Assembly (NCBI GenBank): GCA_963667015.2
Contig: CAXXJJ010000004.1
Coordinates: forward strand, 3,584,001 to 3,648,000
Direction: 5' to 3'
Length of the DNA stretch: 64,000 nt
Source of the DNA: Desulfatiglandales bacterium
Lineage (GTDB): Bacteria; Desulfobacterota; DSM-4660; Desulfatiglandales; HGW-15
The notes beneath the pieces are model-generated. The model was not told where the DNA came from and did no database searches. It was given only the letters and a program-made list of their open reading frames with translations. Below are positions 51,110 through 60,486 of this stretch, piece by piece (positions within the stretch are counted from its first letter, which is position 1; the number at the start of each line of letters is the position of its first letter). The position numbers and the translations under genes are program-made.

Positions 51110-51249
51110 AATCCGGATAATACTCTCTCCCGCCCGGGAAAAAACTGGAGGAAATATATAGCTGCAACCATTTGATATCTAAACAATAAATATTTCAATT
51201 TTTATTTAAGAATTACCCGGTATTTTCCGATAATCTTAATGAATATTTG

Positions 51250-51345
51250 ATTAAATAATTATGGGCAAACCATTCTAAAGAGTGGGACGCAAAGCTTCCG
51301 ATCTACGTCTGCGAACAGCAGATATGACAGCGGGGTTGCTGGATT
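51250..51345 (+). ncRNA. c-di-GMP-I (GEMM) riboswitch
   Basis: GGGCAAACCATTC-TAAA-GAGTGGGACGCAAAGCTTCCGATCTA...GACAGCGGGGTTGC matches the class I consensus. Confidence 0.9.
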
Positions 51346-51354
51346 AAAAAATGC

Positions 51355-51390
51355 AAACCCGTTTTCATTAAAGGAAACGGGTTTTTTATT
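51355..51390 (+). terminator. Riboswitch expression-platform terminator
   Basis: AAACCCGTTTT / GAAACGGGTTT followed by TTTATT, just before the ATG. Confidence 0.75.
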
Positions 51391-51399
51391 GATCATACT

Positions 51400-51861
51400 A
51401 TGAGCGAAAAAGTTAAAAATATATTGGATTATAGGTTTATGAGAATTACCATCTTCGGGGTCATTCTGTTGGGGATACTGACCCTTATTTATTTCTATCA
51501 TAACACTGTCAGGCTGGACCACGTGAAACTATCCGGCCTACAGGGTAAAAGAGAAAATCCAAATCCCTTAAGAAAAAATAAGGTTGTAATTACAAGCTTC
51601 CAGATGGGAGTTGGAAGAAATGATGCGTTAGGGCTGATATTGGCGAGTCCATATAATAACAGTAACCAGCAGGCACAGTTGTACAAATATGAACCCAAGA
51701 TAAAGAATGATTTTCTCATGCAGGTCGATGAGGAAAAAATAAAGGAATGGGTAAAGAAAAGAGATTTCCGCGAAATTAAGGCTACATTCCGCAATATTGT
51801 AAATAAATATCTGGATGAGCCCGTAAAGGAAGTGTATATAAGCAACTTTTTTTATGAATAA
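51400..51861 (+). CDS. FliL-like single-pass membrane protein
   Basis: N-terminal TM; KIKNDFL...IVNKYL..PVKEVYISNF tail resembles FliL. Confidence 0.5.
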   Translation: MSEKVKNILDYRFMRITIFGVILLGILTLIYFYHNTVRLDHVKLSGLQGKRENPNPLRKNKVVITSFQMGVGRNDALGLILASPYNNSNQQAQLYKYEPKIKNDFLMQVDEEKIKEWVKKRDFREIKATFRNIVNKYLDEPVKEVYISNFFYE

Positions 51862-52076
51862 CTTTTTATAAAGATAGTTCCATGGTTAACCAGTCTGTAC
51901 AGTCTATCTTCTATTAATTCATAACCTTTTTTCTGCTGGGTCACACCTCGCCTGTTCAAAATATGTATGGTCACACACGCATTTTGCTCATTTATTAGCT
52001 ATGATTGTTGCCATCCATATTTCTCCCAACTAAAACAATCACTATATTATCAGATAGTTAAATCAATAATGCCATC

Positions 52077-52454
52077 ATGGCACAGAAGTTGTTATATTCA
52101 TTGACAGACAATAAATCAAAAGGTGTGGATATGACAGACAGAAAAACCCCGGTTATAAACGACAATATTGAACAAAGCCAGTTCGGCCTTCTTACACCTG
52201 ATGGAGATATACATGAATTCAAGCGTGGAATAGAAAGGATAATTAAGGATAGCCCTGTACCGGTTATACCAACCGCACTGCGTGGTTTATGGGGCAGTTT
52301 TTTCAGCCGGAAAGACAATAAGGCTATGAGACGACTTCCCCGGGGATTCCGGTCAAAAATAGAATTTGTTGTCGGAGAACCGATGGATCCTGATTCTGTT
52401 ACAGCGGAAAAACTTGAGGAAACAGTAAAAAAGCTCAGAAGCAATAAACCTTAA
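52077..52454 (+). pseudogene. C-terminal remnant of an Aas/PlsC-type acyltransferase
   Basis: LTPDGDIHEFKRGIERI...PVPVIPTALRGLWGSFFSR; no NH-x4-D motif. Confidence 0.65.
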
Positions 52455-52486
52455 TCTATTACAACTATAAGATATAAGGAGGAATT

Positions 52487-52961
52487 ATGGGAACAATAGC
52501 AAAAAACAGTTACAACGAAAGACCCTGGCTAGACAATTATGAAAGCGGCGTTCCATACCAAATTTCATTCGAAAAGAAACTGCTTCCGGATTTTCTGGAA
52601 AGAAGTGCAAAACTTTTTCCGGATATGAATGCGCTGAATTTTGAAGGTTATCGAGTTACCTATAAAGAGCTCCATTCTATGGTCGAAAGATTCAGCGCAC
52701 ACCTCTATTCCTTATGAAGGGATATCGGGGCAGACCTGATGAAACAGAGAAAACAGTCAGAGACGGCTGGCTTCACACCGGAGATGTCGCAAGGATGGAT
52801 GAGGACGGATATTTCTATATCGTTGACCGCATAAAAGAACTTATCATATCCGGGGGATACAATGTCTACCCGAGGGATATAGAAGAGGTTGTCTACTCTC
52901 ACCCGGATATACTGGAAGCGGCTGTAATAGGTATTCCGCATCCCAATCGTGGAGAAGCGGT
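52487..52961 (+). pseudogene. Long-chain fatty acid-CoA ligase with most of its middle deleted
   Basis: ERPWLDNY N-terminus abutting MKGY...GWLHTGD...[19 protein letters not shown]-terminus also cut. Confidence 0.8.
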
Positions 52962-54607
52962 TAATTTGAATCTATTATGGCTCTCACCTTCTGTGACAGT
53001 TTTCCAAATTTATAAGGTTTCTGGATGAAGCCATTGGACCCCAGATTAAGTATTTCAGAAGACCCATCCTCCAGATTATAGCCACTTGAAAAAAGCACCT
53101 TTATATCAGGATTTATTTCCTTTAAATGTTTATATGTCTCAGCGCCGCCCATTACCGGCATGATCATATCCAGAATTACAATATCAATTTTATTATTTTT
53201 CAATTCATAAAGTTGTATTGCCTCCATGCCGCTCTCTGCGACTATAACCTGATATCCCAGTCTTTCAAGCAGTGCTTTTCCGATATCAATTATCATTGGC
53301 TCATCATCAACTAATAAAATCGTCTCTGACCCCGGTAATATTTCTTCTGTAATTTCTATTGACTTTGGAACTTCTTTTATAGATGCCGGCAGATATATAT
53401 TGAAGGTGGTTCCTTCTCCTTTTTTTGAATTAACATTAATTATTCCACTGTGATTTTTTATAATTCCGTATACCGAAGCAAGTCCAAGACCTGTGCCTCT
53501 TCCCATTCCTTTTGTTGTAAAAAATGGATCAAATATCTTCTCTTTTGTTGCTTCATCCATGCCAATGCCGGTATCGCTGACCGAGATTTTAACATAATCA
53601 CCGGGAGAAATAGAAAATGCTCTCACATAATCTTTATCCAGTTCTGTATTTTCGCTGGTAATATTAATTTCTCCTCCAGACGACATCGCATGCCAGGCAT
53701 TGATGAAAAGATTCAGAAATACCTGCTCCATCTGATTTCTGTCAATTTCTACTATGGAAAGATCCGGTTGGAGTTTAAAAATAATTTTTATATCCTTTTT
53801 AGTCCGGCCGAACATATTAGAGGACTGTTTGATAAGATCATTCAGATCAGTGGGCTTTACTTCGTACTTTCCTTTTCTGGCAAAGGCCAAAAGCTGGCTG
53901 GTAAGATCGCTAGCGCTTTTGACATGTTCTTCAATCTCCGCGAGATGTTCAAAAAAAGGATGAGATGAATCAACATCCATTATCATAAGGGAAGTCCTAC
54001 CCTGAATACCCATAAGAAGATTATTGAAATCATGTGCTATTCCCCCTGCGAGGGTTCCTATGGATTCCATCTTGATTGCCTGGCGCAGGTCAGATTCCAT
54101 TTTTTCCCGTTCTGTCACATCTCTTGCTGCTCCTGCGATTGCAACTACATTCCCTTTTTCATCTTTAATCGGCGATTCATCAATTTCGACTAAAATATTT
54201 TGTCCTTCCTTTTTTCTGCATTCGAGAATATATGATTTTTGCTTTTGGCCTGTTTTTATTGCTTCTTCGGTCAAATCAAATCCGATTTTATTATTCGGGT
54301 TATCTGTTACAAATTCGGTCCATTTGATCATCATTTCATCTGCTGTATAACCAAACAGGTCAACGGACTGCGGGCTTACATAGATAAATTTATTCTCTGT
54401 ATCGTGCAGGTAGAACATCTCTCTGCTGTGCTCTATTATATTTCGAAGTTTTTCCTCATTTTCCCGCAGGTTATTCTCAACTTCTCTTATCCTGTTTACA
54501 AGCCTTGAGAGTTCCTGTGTCTCTCTTAGAAAAAGATCCCCGGTTCTTTTCGCAATTTTTTTATAAAATTCAGCCTCTCTCCTGGCCTCTTCCAGTTCCG
54601 ATCCCAT
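52961..54607 (-). CDS. PAS hybrid histidine kinase (CckA-like)
   Basis: [28 protein letters not shown]-terminal REC. Confidence 0.9.
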   Translation of the reverse strand: MGSELEEARREAEFYKKIAKRTGDLFLRETQELSRLVNRIREVENNLRENEEKLRNIIEHSREMFYLHDTENKFIYVSPQSVDLFGYTADEMMIKWTEFVTDNPNNKIGFDLTEEAIKTGQKQKSYILECRKKEGQNILVEIDESPIKDEKGNVVAIAGAARDVTEREKMESDLRQAIKMESIGTLAGGIAHDFNNLLMGIQGRTSLMIMDVDSSHPFFEHLAEIEEHVKSASDLTSQLLAFARKGKYEVKPTDLNDLIKQSSNMFGRTKKDIKIIFKLQPDLSIVEIDRNQMEQVFLNLFINAWHAMSSGGEINITSENTELDKDYVRAFSISPGDYVKISVSDTGIGMDEATKEKIFDPFFTTKGMGRGTGLGLASVYGIIKNHSGIINVNSKKGEGTTFNIYLPASIKEVPKSIEITEEILPGSETILLVDDEPMIIDIGKALLERLGYQVIVAESGMEAIQLYELKNNKIDIVILDMIMPVMGGAETYKHLKEINPDIKVLFSSGYNLEDGSSEILNLGSNGFIQKPYKFGKLSQKVRAIIDSN

Positions 54608-54637
54608 TTTATTTCCTGATAAAATTATATAAAAATA

Positions 54638-55861
54638 TTATATTTCAGCAAAAGTAAGTAGAACTCCCGTCCAGTCAAGCCCCCGGCTTTTACCCTGGAC
54701 CGGGGCTATTTCCACTCCTGAGTAAAAACCCAGCAGGGGAACATTGTATTGATTACAAATATTCTGCACTTCAGCCGCCTCTTCAAGAAGGGTTTCTGAA
54801 AGGGCGGATGTCCTTCCTGCACAATCTATATAAAGACTAAAGACTGGCTTCTCACCATTTGAAATGATTTCAGCAAACAATGCGCTTGTATTTTTTTTAA
54901 CAGAATCAATCATCATTGAACCGTTTCGCAGCATAAAAAGGACTTCATCACCTTCTTCAATATCCGGTTCAAACAGCAATATCCCTTTTTTATCAGGCAG
55001 CGCACCTGAAATTAACCTGTTAACAAGGTTTGTTTCTAAAAAGTCATCAAACTTATTTCTATGGTTTATCGCAAGTGTAAGCCGGTTAACAGGCTGCTGC
55101 TTCTGCCATTCTTCATTTCCGTATTGCTCATCAATCACTTCAACAATAGGGCGGCCATCAAGTTCATAGATCTCGGCCCCTTCAGCCTTTGTAACCCGGT
55201 GATATATTCCGTCCTTTGGAATGCAGCCATGCATTATCCTGTAATAGTGTTTAAATCCGCCGTTAAGCAGCATCCCGACGACGCTCTGCCTGGCAACATA
55301 TGACCCGCAAAACTGCCATGTGTCATTAAATCCGAAATCTCCAAAGGTTCCACCCCCTATTATTGGGACATTCGGGCAAAGTTTTTCTTCAATCCCTTCT
55401 ATTAATGGAGGAGAGGCATTAATCAAAGGAGGGCTTGTGTCTGTTGGAGCCTTTTTTATGGAATCGTAAAACAGCAGTAAAAGTTTTCCCTCCGGACTTT
55501 GTGATAATTTTTCGCCCAGCTTTTGACCGGCTATTTTCTCGTTTTTATCAAGATCACCAGCTGCCCCCAGGCTGATATGAAGGTCCCCGTCCTCTATTAT
55601 TGCAGCTCCGGCAGGTGAATCACTGTATGATAGATTTTTATTAGTAATAACACCAACTGCCGAGCCCCCGACAATCGGAACATCTTCTCCAACTATTGAT
55701 TTAAGGCCATTGAAATATTCATTATGATCCATATCACCGCCGCAAAAGGCAATGACCAGGCCGGGTTTTTCTATTTTTCCATCTTTGATTGCATTTTCCG
55801 CAATTGTCTTTCCTGATAAAAAGCCATCTGCTTCATTAAAATAACTTATTCCAACCTTCAT
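54638..55861 (-). CDS. FIST domain protein
   Basis: PIVGGS, IYELDGRP, YIDCAGR, GFYSGVEIAP. Confidence 0.85.
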   Translation of the reverse strand: MKVGISYFNEADGFLSGKTIAENAIKDGKIEKPGLVIAFCGGDMDHNEYFNGLKSIVGEDVPIVGGSAVGVITNKNLSYSDSPAGAAIIEDGDLHISLGAAGDLDKNEKIAGQKLGEKLSQSPEGKLLLLFYDSIKKAPTDTSPPLINASPPLIEGIEEKLCPNVPIIGGGTFGDFGFNDTWQFCGSYVARQSVVGMLLNGGFKHYYRIMHGCIPKDGIYHRVTKAEGAEIYELDGRPIVEVIDEQYGNEEWQKQQPVNRLTLAINHRNKFDDFLETNLVNRLISGALPDKKGILLFEPDIEEGDEVLFMLRNGSMMIDSVKKNTSALFAEIISNGEKPVFSLYIDCAGRTSALSETLLEEAAEVQNICNQYNVPLLGFYSGVEIAPVQGKSRGLDWTGVLLTFAEI

Positions 55862-56026
55862 TTTCTTTATCCTGTTATTTCTGAACCAATGAATGAAACT
55901 TATCCAACAATCTGTTTATAAACACCTGTATATTAATACTACCATTTAATTAATTACCAATTATCAGAATTATTTGAAGCATTCAATAAGTTATATTGAT
56001 ATTATTTGAAAGGAATGAAACAACTA

Positions 56027-56428
56027 GTTACATGTAACGATACGTGATCATAAACAATAAAATCGGCAATGATATTAACAGTCTAATTTTTATGATATTT
56101 TTCTTTATATTCAGAAAGAACTTTTATTAAAAAAATATTATCCAGCTCATAAAGGGCCTTTTTAGTTAAAAACAAACCAAAATCAATGATCTCTCCATTT
56201 GTATAGCTTTGATTTTTTGCCAGCACTTTTTTCAAGACTTCAATCATCTCTACCGACTCTCTGCTTACTATTACCTGTAAGACCTTATTTCCCTTTGCTT
56301 TCTGGTTTTCTCTGTATTTCTTAATCCTGTCTTTTCCTGATATTCCCACAAGTTATCCACACTTTAAAATTTATTTAGTTACATGTAACCAAGAAATAGG
56401 TTCATTGTCCGCATGTTACATGTAACAT
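56027..56428. promoter_or_regulatory. Three perfect GTTACATGTAAC palindromes
   Basis: Copies at 56027-56038, 56378-56389 and 56415-56426. Confidence 0.8.
56083..56349 (-). CDS. Small basic protein, putative ribbon-helix-helix regulator
   Basis: SGKDRIKKYRENQKAKGNKVLQVIVS: basic helix, beta strand, two helices; GTG start. Confidence 0.5.
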   Translation of the reverse strand: MGISGKDRIKKYRENQKAKGNKVLQVIVSRESVEMIEVLKKVLAKNQSYTNGEIIDFGLFLTKKALYELDNIFLIKVLSEYKEKYHKN

Positions 56429-56450
56429 TTACCGATTTTACTTTCATAAG

Positions 56451-57182
56451 TCAATTGTTTTTTCCAAATACCCCATTCTCAATAAAGTATATTACCTGAT
56501 TTATAATATCTTCATCATTCATGATAAAAGGATGTGCTTTATGCACAACCAGAAAATCCTTCATACCCATTAGCCTTGCTCTTTCCACAGACACCTTGCC
56601 ATCGTCTTCTCCGGGTATAAGCAGAGACAGAATAGGGTTTATAGTTTTATCCCCTGTTATTATACCTACCTCATAATCAGGTGGCCCTATTTTATTTGGA
56701 AGGCTTTCATTATCAGTTCCCAGTTGCCCGCCGGCCGGGCCACCTATCCACCTGAACAGAGATAAATCTTTAAGTTTATCCACCGCTTCACTTCCCTGAT
56801 TGGGTGGGCTCAACATTACCACCCTGCCGAGGTTGACTATTTTATTTGCATCAAGATAATACCTGACAAGAATTCCCCCCATGGAGTGAGTAACAAAATG
56901 TATTTTGGAATCATTTACTTTATTGCATTGATTGATCGCCTGGCCTACCGCCTCCTCTGATAATGTTTGAATGTTTTTTTTACGAGAAGGATACCCGATA
57001 TTTACAACATGAAACCCTTGATTCATAAGATAGAGCTCCATTTTCAGCATGGAATTTTCTGTCTTGGCCAGGCCATGGAGTAATATTACACATTCGGTTT
57101 CTTCACCTGCCATTCCGGCACGGGTACAGAATAACAGGAGAAAGGCAACAATACTGACAGATTTACAGAAAAATTTATTCAT
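56451..57182 (-). CDS. Exported alpha/beta hydrolase (lipase-like)
   Basis: LLHGL, THSMGG, PPNQGS, DDGKVSV, HPFIM. Confidence 0.85.
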   Translation of the reverse strand: MNKFFCKSVSIVAFLLLFCTRAGMAGEETECVILLHGLAKTENSMLKMELYLMNQGFHVVNIGYPSRKKNIQTLSEEAVGQAINQCNKVNDSKIHFVTHSMGGILVRYYLDANKIVNLGRVVMLSPPNQGSEAVDKLKDLSLFRWIGGPAGGQLGTDNESLPNKIGPPDYEVGIITGDKTINPILSLLIPGEDDGKVSVERARLMGMKDFLVVHKAHPFIMNDEDIINQVIYFIENGVFGKNN

Positions 57183-57229
57183 ATTTTTATAACTATCCTT
57201 TTTAATAATGAATTGATAAAAAAAATAAA

Positions 57230-57246
57230 AGCAAATGAGATGCCAA
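57230..57246 (-). promoter_or_regulatory. Sigma54 -24/-12 promoter
   Basis: TTGGCATCTCATTTGCT (GG-N10-GC) on the minus strand; weaker TGGCATTAAATAAGCT at 57321-57336. Confidence 0.6.
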
Positions 57247-57521
57247 AAGCAGTAATAATTATAAACACCTGATTATACGGGAATTACAACATATGAGTTA
57301 TAGGCCTTATCACGTATAAAAGCTTATTTAATGCCATATTTGCAGATGGGCCATCCATAAAATGTATATACTTTTTTACTTTTAAATATATTGTTGCCTG
57401 CAGAATAAAAGAAATGTATTAAAATATATATTAATCAATTTTTTTTTATTATTTATCAATACGCATCTTTCATAGCAGCATCACATTAAAAATAAATAAT
57501 ATACCCTGACTGATACTTATT

Positions 57522-58496
57522 TTGATTAGTTATTTGGCGGTTGACCGGCTCATGCAGAACAAAAATAAAGATGACAGGTTTATAAAGGCAAGAAAATCTC
57601 AGCTTAACTGGTACAGAGATGTTCCGCTTTACTCACAGGCAGATGAATCAAAATTTGTATTATACAAACCTTCCGGTATCACTCTGAGTGAAATGCGGAC
57701 GACGACGGGATTGCACCCGGACATTCTCTATATTAAAACTGATGACAAGATAAAAGGGCTTCAGGAGGCACAAAAGGCCTTCAATAAACAATTGGAAAAA
57801 GATATAAAAACCGGAAAGCCAGATAAGATTAAAGAAACCCTGATAACAATTGTTGGAGAAACCTTTTTAGAACCAAGAAGTGGAAGCCTGGAAGGGGTAT
57901 CAAACTCTGTAGGTATTTTAATCAGCGACTATTCAAAAAAAAACAATATAGTAAAGAAATTAATAGAGATATCTACTTCTGACTATACTACTGTTCTCCA
58001 TTCCATCAATGTAATGACCTTCTCATTGGCCTTTGCATTATATATGGATTTTTCCCCCTCTGAGATAAAGAATCTTGGCCTTGCCGCCCTGTTACATGAT
58101 GTTGGAAAAACAAAAATACCAACTGACATTCTTACTGCACCAAGAAAACTGACCGAGGAAGAATATAGTATTATAAAAACCCACACAACCCTGGGGTGCA
58201 GAATATTAATCAAATGTAAATTTGGATCAGACGAAATAAGTACAGTAGCACAGGACCATCATGAAAGAATAGATGGAAGCGGCTATCCCGAAGGGAAAAA
58301 GAACCTGTCAAAAGCAACTCAGATCATAGGCCTGATTGACTGCTATGAGGCATTAACTACGGATGACAGGCCATATAGGAACGCAATAGGGGGATTCGAC
58401 TCATTTAACCGGGTTCTGAAGGATGAAATAATAAACGGCAAATTTGATATGGATTTGTGCACCCTTTTTATTAAAAGTATAGGGGGTAAAATTTAA
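57522..58496 (+). CDS. HD-GYP phosphodiesterase
   Basis: HSINV, LLHDVGK, HHERIDGSGYP, DRPYR. Confidence 0.88.
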   Translation: MISYLAVDRLMQNKNKDDRFIKARKSQLNWYRDVPLYSQADESKFVLYKPSGITLSEMRTTTGLHPDILYIKTDDKIKGLQEAQKAFNKQLEKDIKTGKPDKIKETLITIVGETFLEPRSGSLEGVSNSVGILISDYSKKNNIVKKLIEISTSDYTTVLHSINVMTFSLAFALYMDFSPSEIKNLGLAALLHDVGKTKIPTDILTAPRKLTEEEYSIIKTHTTLGCRILIKCKFGSDEISTVAQDHHERIDGSGYPEGKKNLSKATQIIGLIDCYEALTTDDRPYRNAIGGFDSFNRVLKDEIINGKFDMDLCTLFIKSIGGKI

Positions 58497-58580
58497 CCAG
58501 TTAATGATCATCTCTCCAGAAACCATACTGCATAGTTAGCTATAGATAACATTTCTTCAAACTTCCGGGTAACAGTTATT

Positions 58581-58967
58581 TTATAAAAACTCCACTTTCT
58601 TTACAGATGATGATACGACATATATACGTTCATTATTACCGCTTAAATCCGCAGGGGTCATGAAAAATCCCTGGCGCCCGGGTGAATAACTGAGTGCATA
58701 GCCTATTATCCTCTCGCCATCTTCAAAATCTACACCGACTTTTTTGCCGCCGCCTGGAACAATATCATCGTAGGCATATTTGTGATCACTGTTTCCTTCA
58801 AGATCTTTGACAAAAAAAATCGCCTTTGTATCATCTACATTGATCTCCTGAACGTTGCCGTCTCTGTCTCTCAAATGAAACGTTGCTTTGTTAGGCAAAA
58901 AGTCATTTGTGTTTCCCTTTAACATATTTCCATCTTTTGAATTTACAACAATCTGATTTATGGGCAT
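58581..58967 (-). CDS. Conserved hypothetical protein (DUF6982-like)
   Basis: KGNTNDF, KAIFFVKD, GFFMTPAD..GNNERIYV; start MPINQ after AAAGGA. Confidence 0.65.
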   Translation of the reverse strand: MPINQIVVNSKDGNMLKGNTNDFLPNKATFHLRDRDGNVQEINVDDTKAIFFVKDLEGNSDHKYAYDDIVPGGGKKVGVDFEDGERIIGYALSYSPGRQGFFMTPADLSGNNERIYVVSSSVKKVEFL

Positions 58968-59296
58968 AACAGTATCCTTTCTAAGTGTTGGTTTATACCA
59001 ATGGCAGTAATCACACATTAGCCATAAATATTTTACAAAAAATTAGATTCGAACGGAGAGAAGAACACGAATTTTTATGTTCAGGCATATTATCATATTA
59101 TGCTGAATATTCAAGAGGGTGTCTTAGTGTATTAAACTAAACTCAGCTGACAGCTATTCCATAAAATAATTTTTTGACTACTTCCTATCCATAAATACAA
59201 ACCTGATTGCATACTAAATACCCATCAAATTCAATAAATCGGCATCAAAACTTAGTTATACTTGTCAATATATTACCAATGTAGTCTAAAATTATA

Positions 59297-59312
59297 TGGC
59301 AAATCCTTTGCA
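59297..59312 (+). promoter_or_regulatory. Sigma54 -24/-12 promoter
   Basis: TGGCAAATCCTTTGCA. Confidence 0.5.
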
Positions 59313-59371
59313 ATAACCTATAACAAACAGTCGTATGTAACCAGCGGACAGCGACGTTATAAACATCAATC

Positions 59372-59617
59372 TTGATGGAGATACCTATGAAAAATGAAAA
59401 AGATCAAGCCTCTAAAATTCAAACAGGACAAAATCAGATAGCCCAGATTCTCAAGGAATTCGAAATGGGTTGCGACGAAGCGATTATCAGAAGAGAAGGT
59501 AAGCGACTGATTCTAGAACCAAAAAAGCGATCTATGCCGATCCCGGAAGGAGAAAAGTCTTTTAAGCCCGATTTTCCGCATTTGGACATAACGCTATTTG
59601 GAGATTTCAGACTATAA
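59372..59617 (+). CDS. Orphan VapB/AbrB-like small protein
   Basis: GQNQIAQILKEFE..DEAIIRREGKRLILEP; no vapC follows. Confidence 0.55.
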   Translation: MMEIPMKNEKDQASKIQTGQNQIAQILKEFEMGCDEAIIRREGKRLILEPKKRSMPIPEGEKSFKPDFPHLDITLFGDFRL

Positions 59618-59825
59618 ATGTCAGCCCTATATCTTCTTAAACTAGAGGATATCTTTTAACTTAAAAATCGAAAGTAATAGAGTTATAAACTTTTTCTTTT
59701 CAAGAACCTGTGTTTATTTAACTGGATACTTCTTATTCATTTAGTTTCGCCCCCCCTCCTGGAACTGAACCCGGATTATGCAGCAACTGATCACTGCAAA
59801 TTGGGGTTCAGTTCAAGTTCAACTT

Positions 59826-60035
59826 CTAATTCACATTAATCCTGGTTCCGTCAAATTCTACATTCTGACCTCTCCTGATCTTACATCTTTTACGGAGCTC
59901 AATTTGGTCATCCACCTTCACCAAACCTTCATCAATTATGACCTTTGCCATGCCGCCGGTTGCGCAAAGGCCTGTTACCTTTAAAAGTTTGTTCAATTCT
60001 ATATAGTCGTTTTCAAGTTTAAATTTTATTTCCAT
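59826..60035 (-). CDS. S4-domain RNA-binding protein (YbcJ/YaaA-like)
   Basis: YIELNKLLK..G...TGGMAK...ELRKRCKI. Confidence 0.85.
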   Translation of the reverse strand: MEIKFKLENDYIELNKLLKVTGLCATGGMAKVIIDEGLVKVDDQIELRKRCKIRRGQNVEFDGTRINVN

Positions 60036-60063
60036 GTGGTTTAATATTCAGACTGGTAAAGTT

Positions 60064-60477
60064 TTAATTGAACCTTTTCTCCTGCCTGAGGAAGATGAAT
60101 TCTACTACTTCAATGTCGGGCGGCGGGAAATTATACTCTGACATATCACATGGTCTGACCCACTTCATGTCCTGCCCTTCCATGGGAGTCGGCGAACCAT
60201 TGACAAGGGAACATTCAAAGATATGAAGGTTTACTATTTTTGTTTCGTACTCATGGTTGACGGAAAGGAGATACTTTTCAGTCTTTATCTCTACGCCCAG
60301 TTCCTCCTTTATCTCCCGGACAATGCACTCTTCAAGAGTTTCTGCCTCCTCCATTTTGCCTCCGGGAAATTCCCACATCCCTTCAAGATGAGTCCCCTCC
60401 GGCCGCCTGGTTATAAGGACTTTATCATCCTGCCATATTATTGCAGCAGTAACCGTAATCTGTTTCTTGGATAGCAT
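60064..60477 (-). CDS. mutT: Nudix hydrolase, MutT-like
   Basis: WEFPGGK..E......REIKEELG. Confidence 0.85.
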   Translation of the reverse strand: MLSKKQITVTAAIIWQDDKVLITRRPEGTHLEGMWEFPGGKMEEAETLEECIVREIKEELGVEIKTEKYLLSVNHEYETKIVNLHIFECSLVNGSPTPMEGQDMKWVRPCDMSEYNFPPPDIEVVEFIFLRQEKRFN

Positions 60478-60486
60478 AATCCTTAT

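Noticed and set aside
56353..56361. Replication origin
   Set aside because: Only one perfect DnaA box and no dnaA/dnaN/gidA context.
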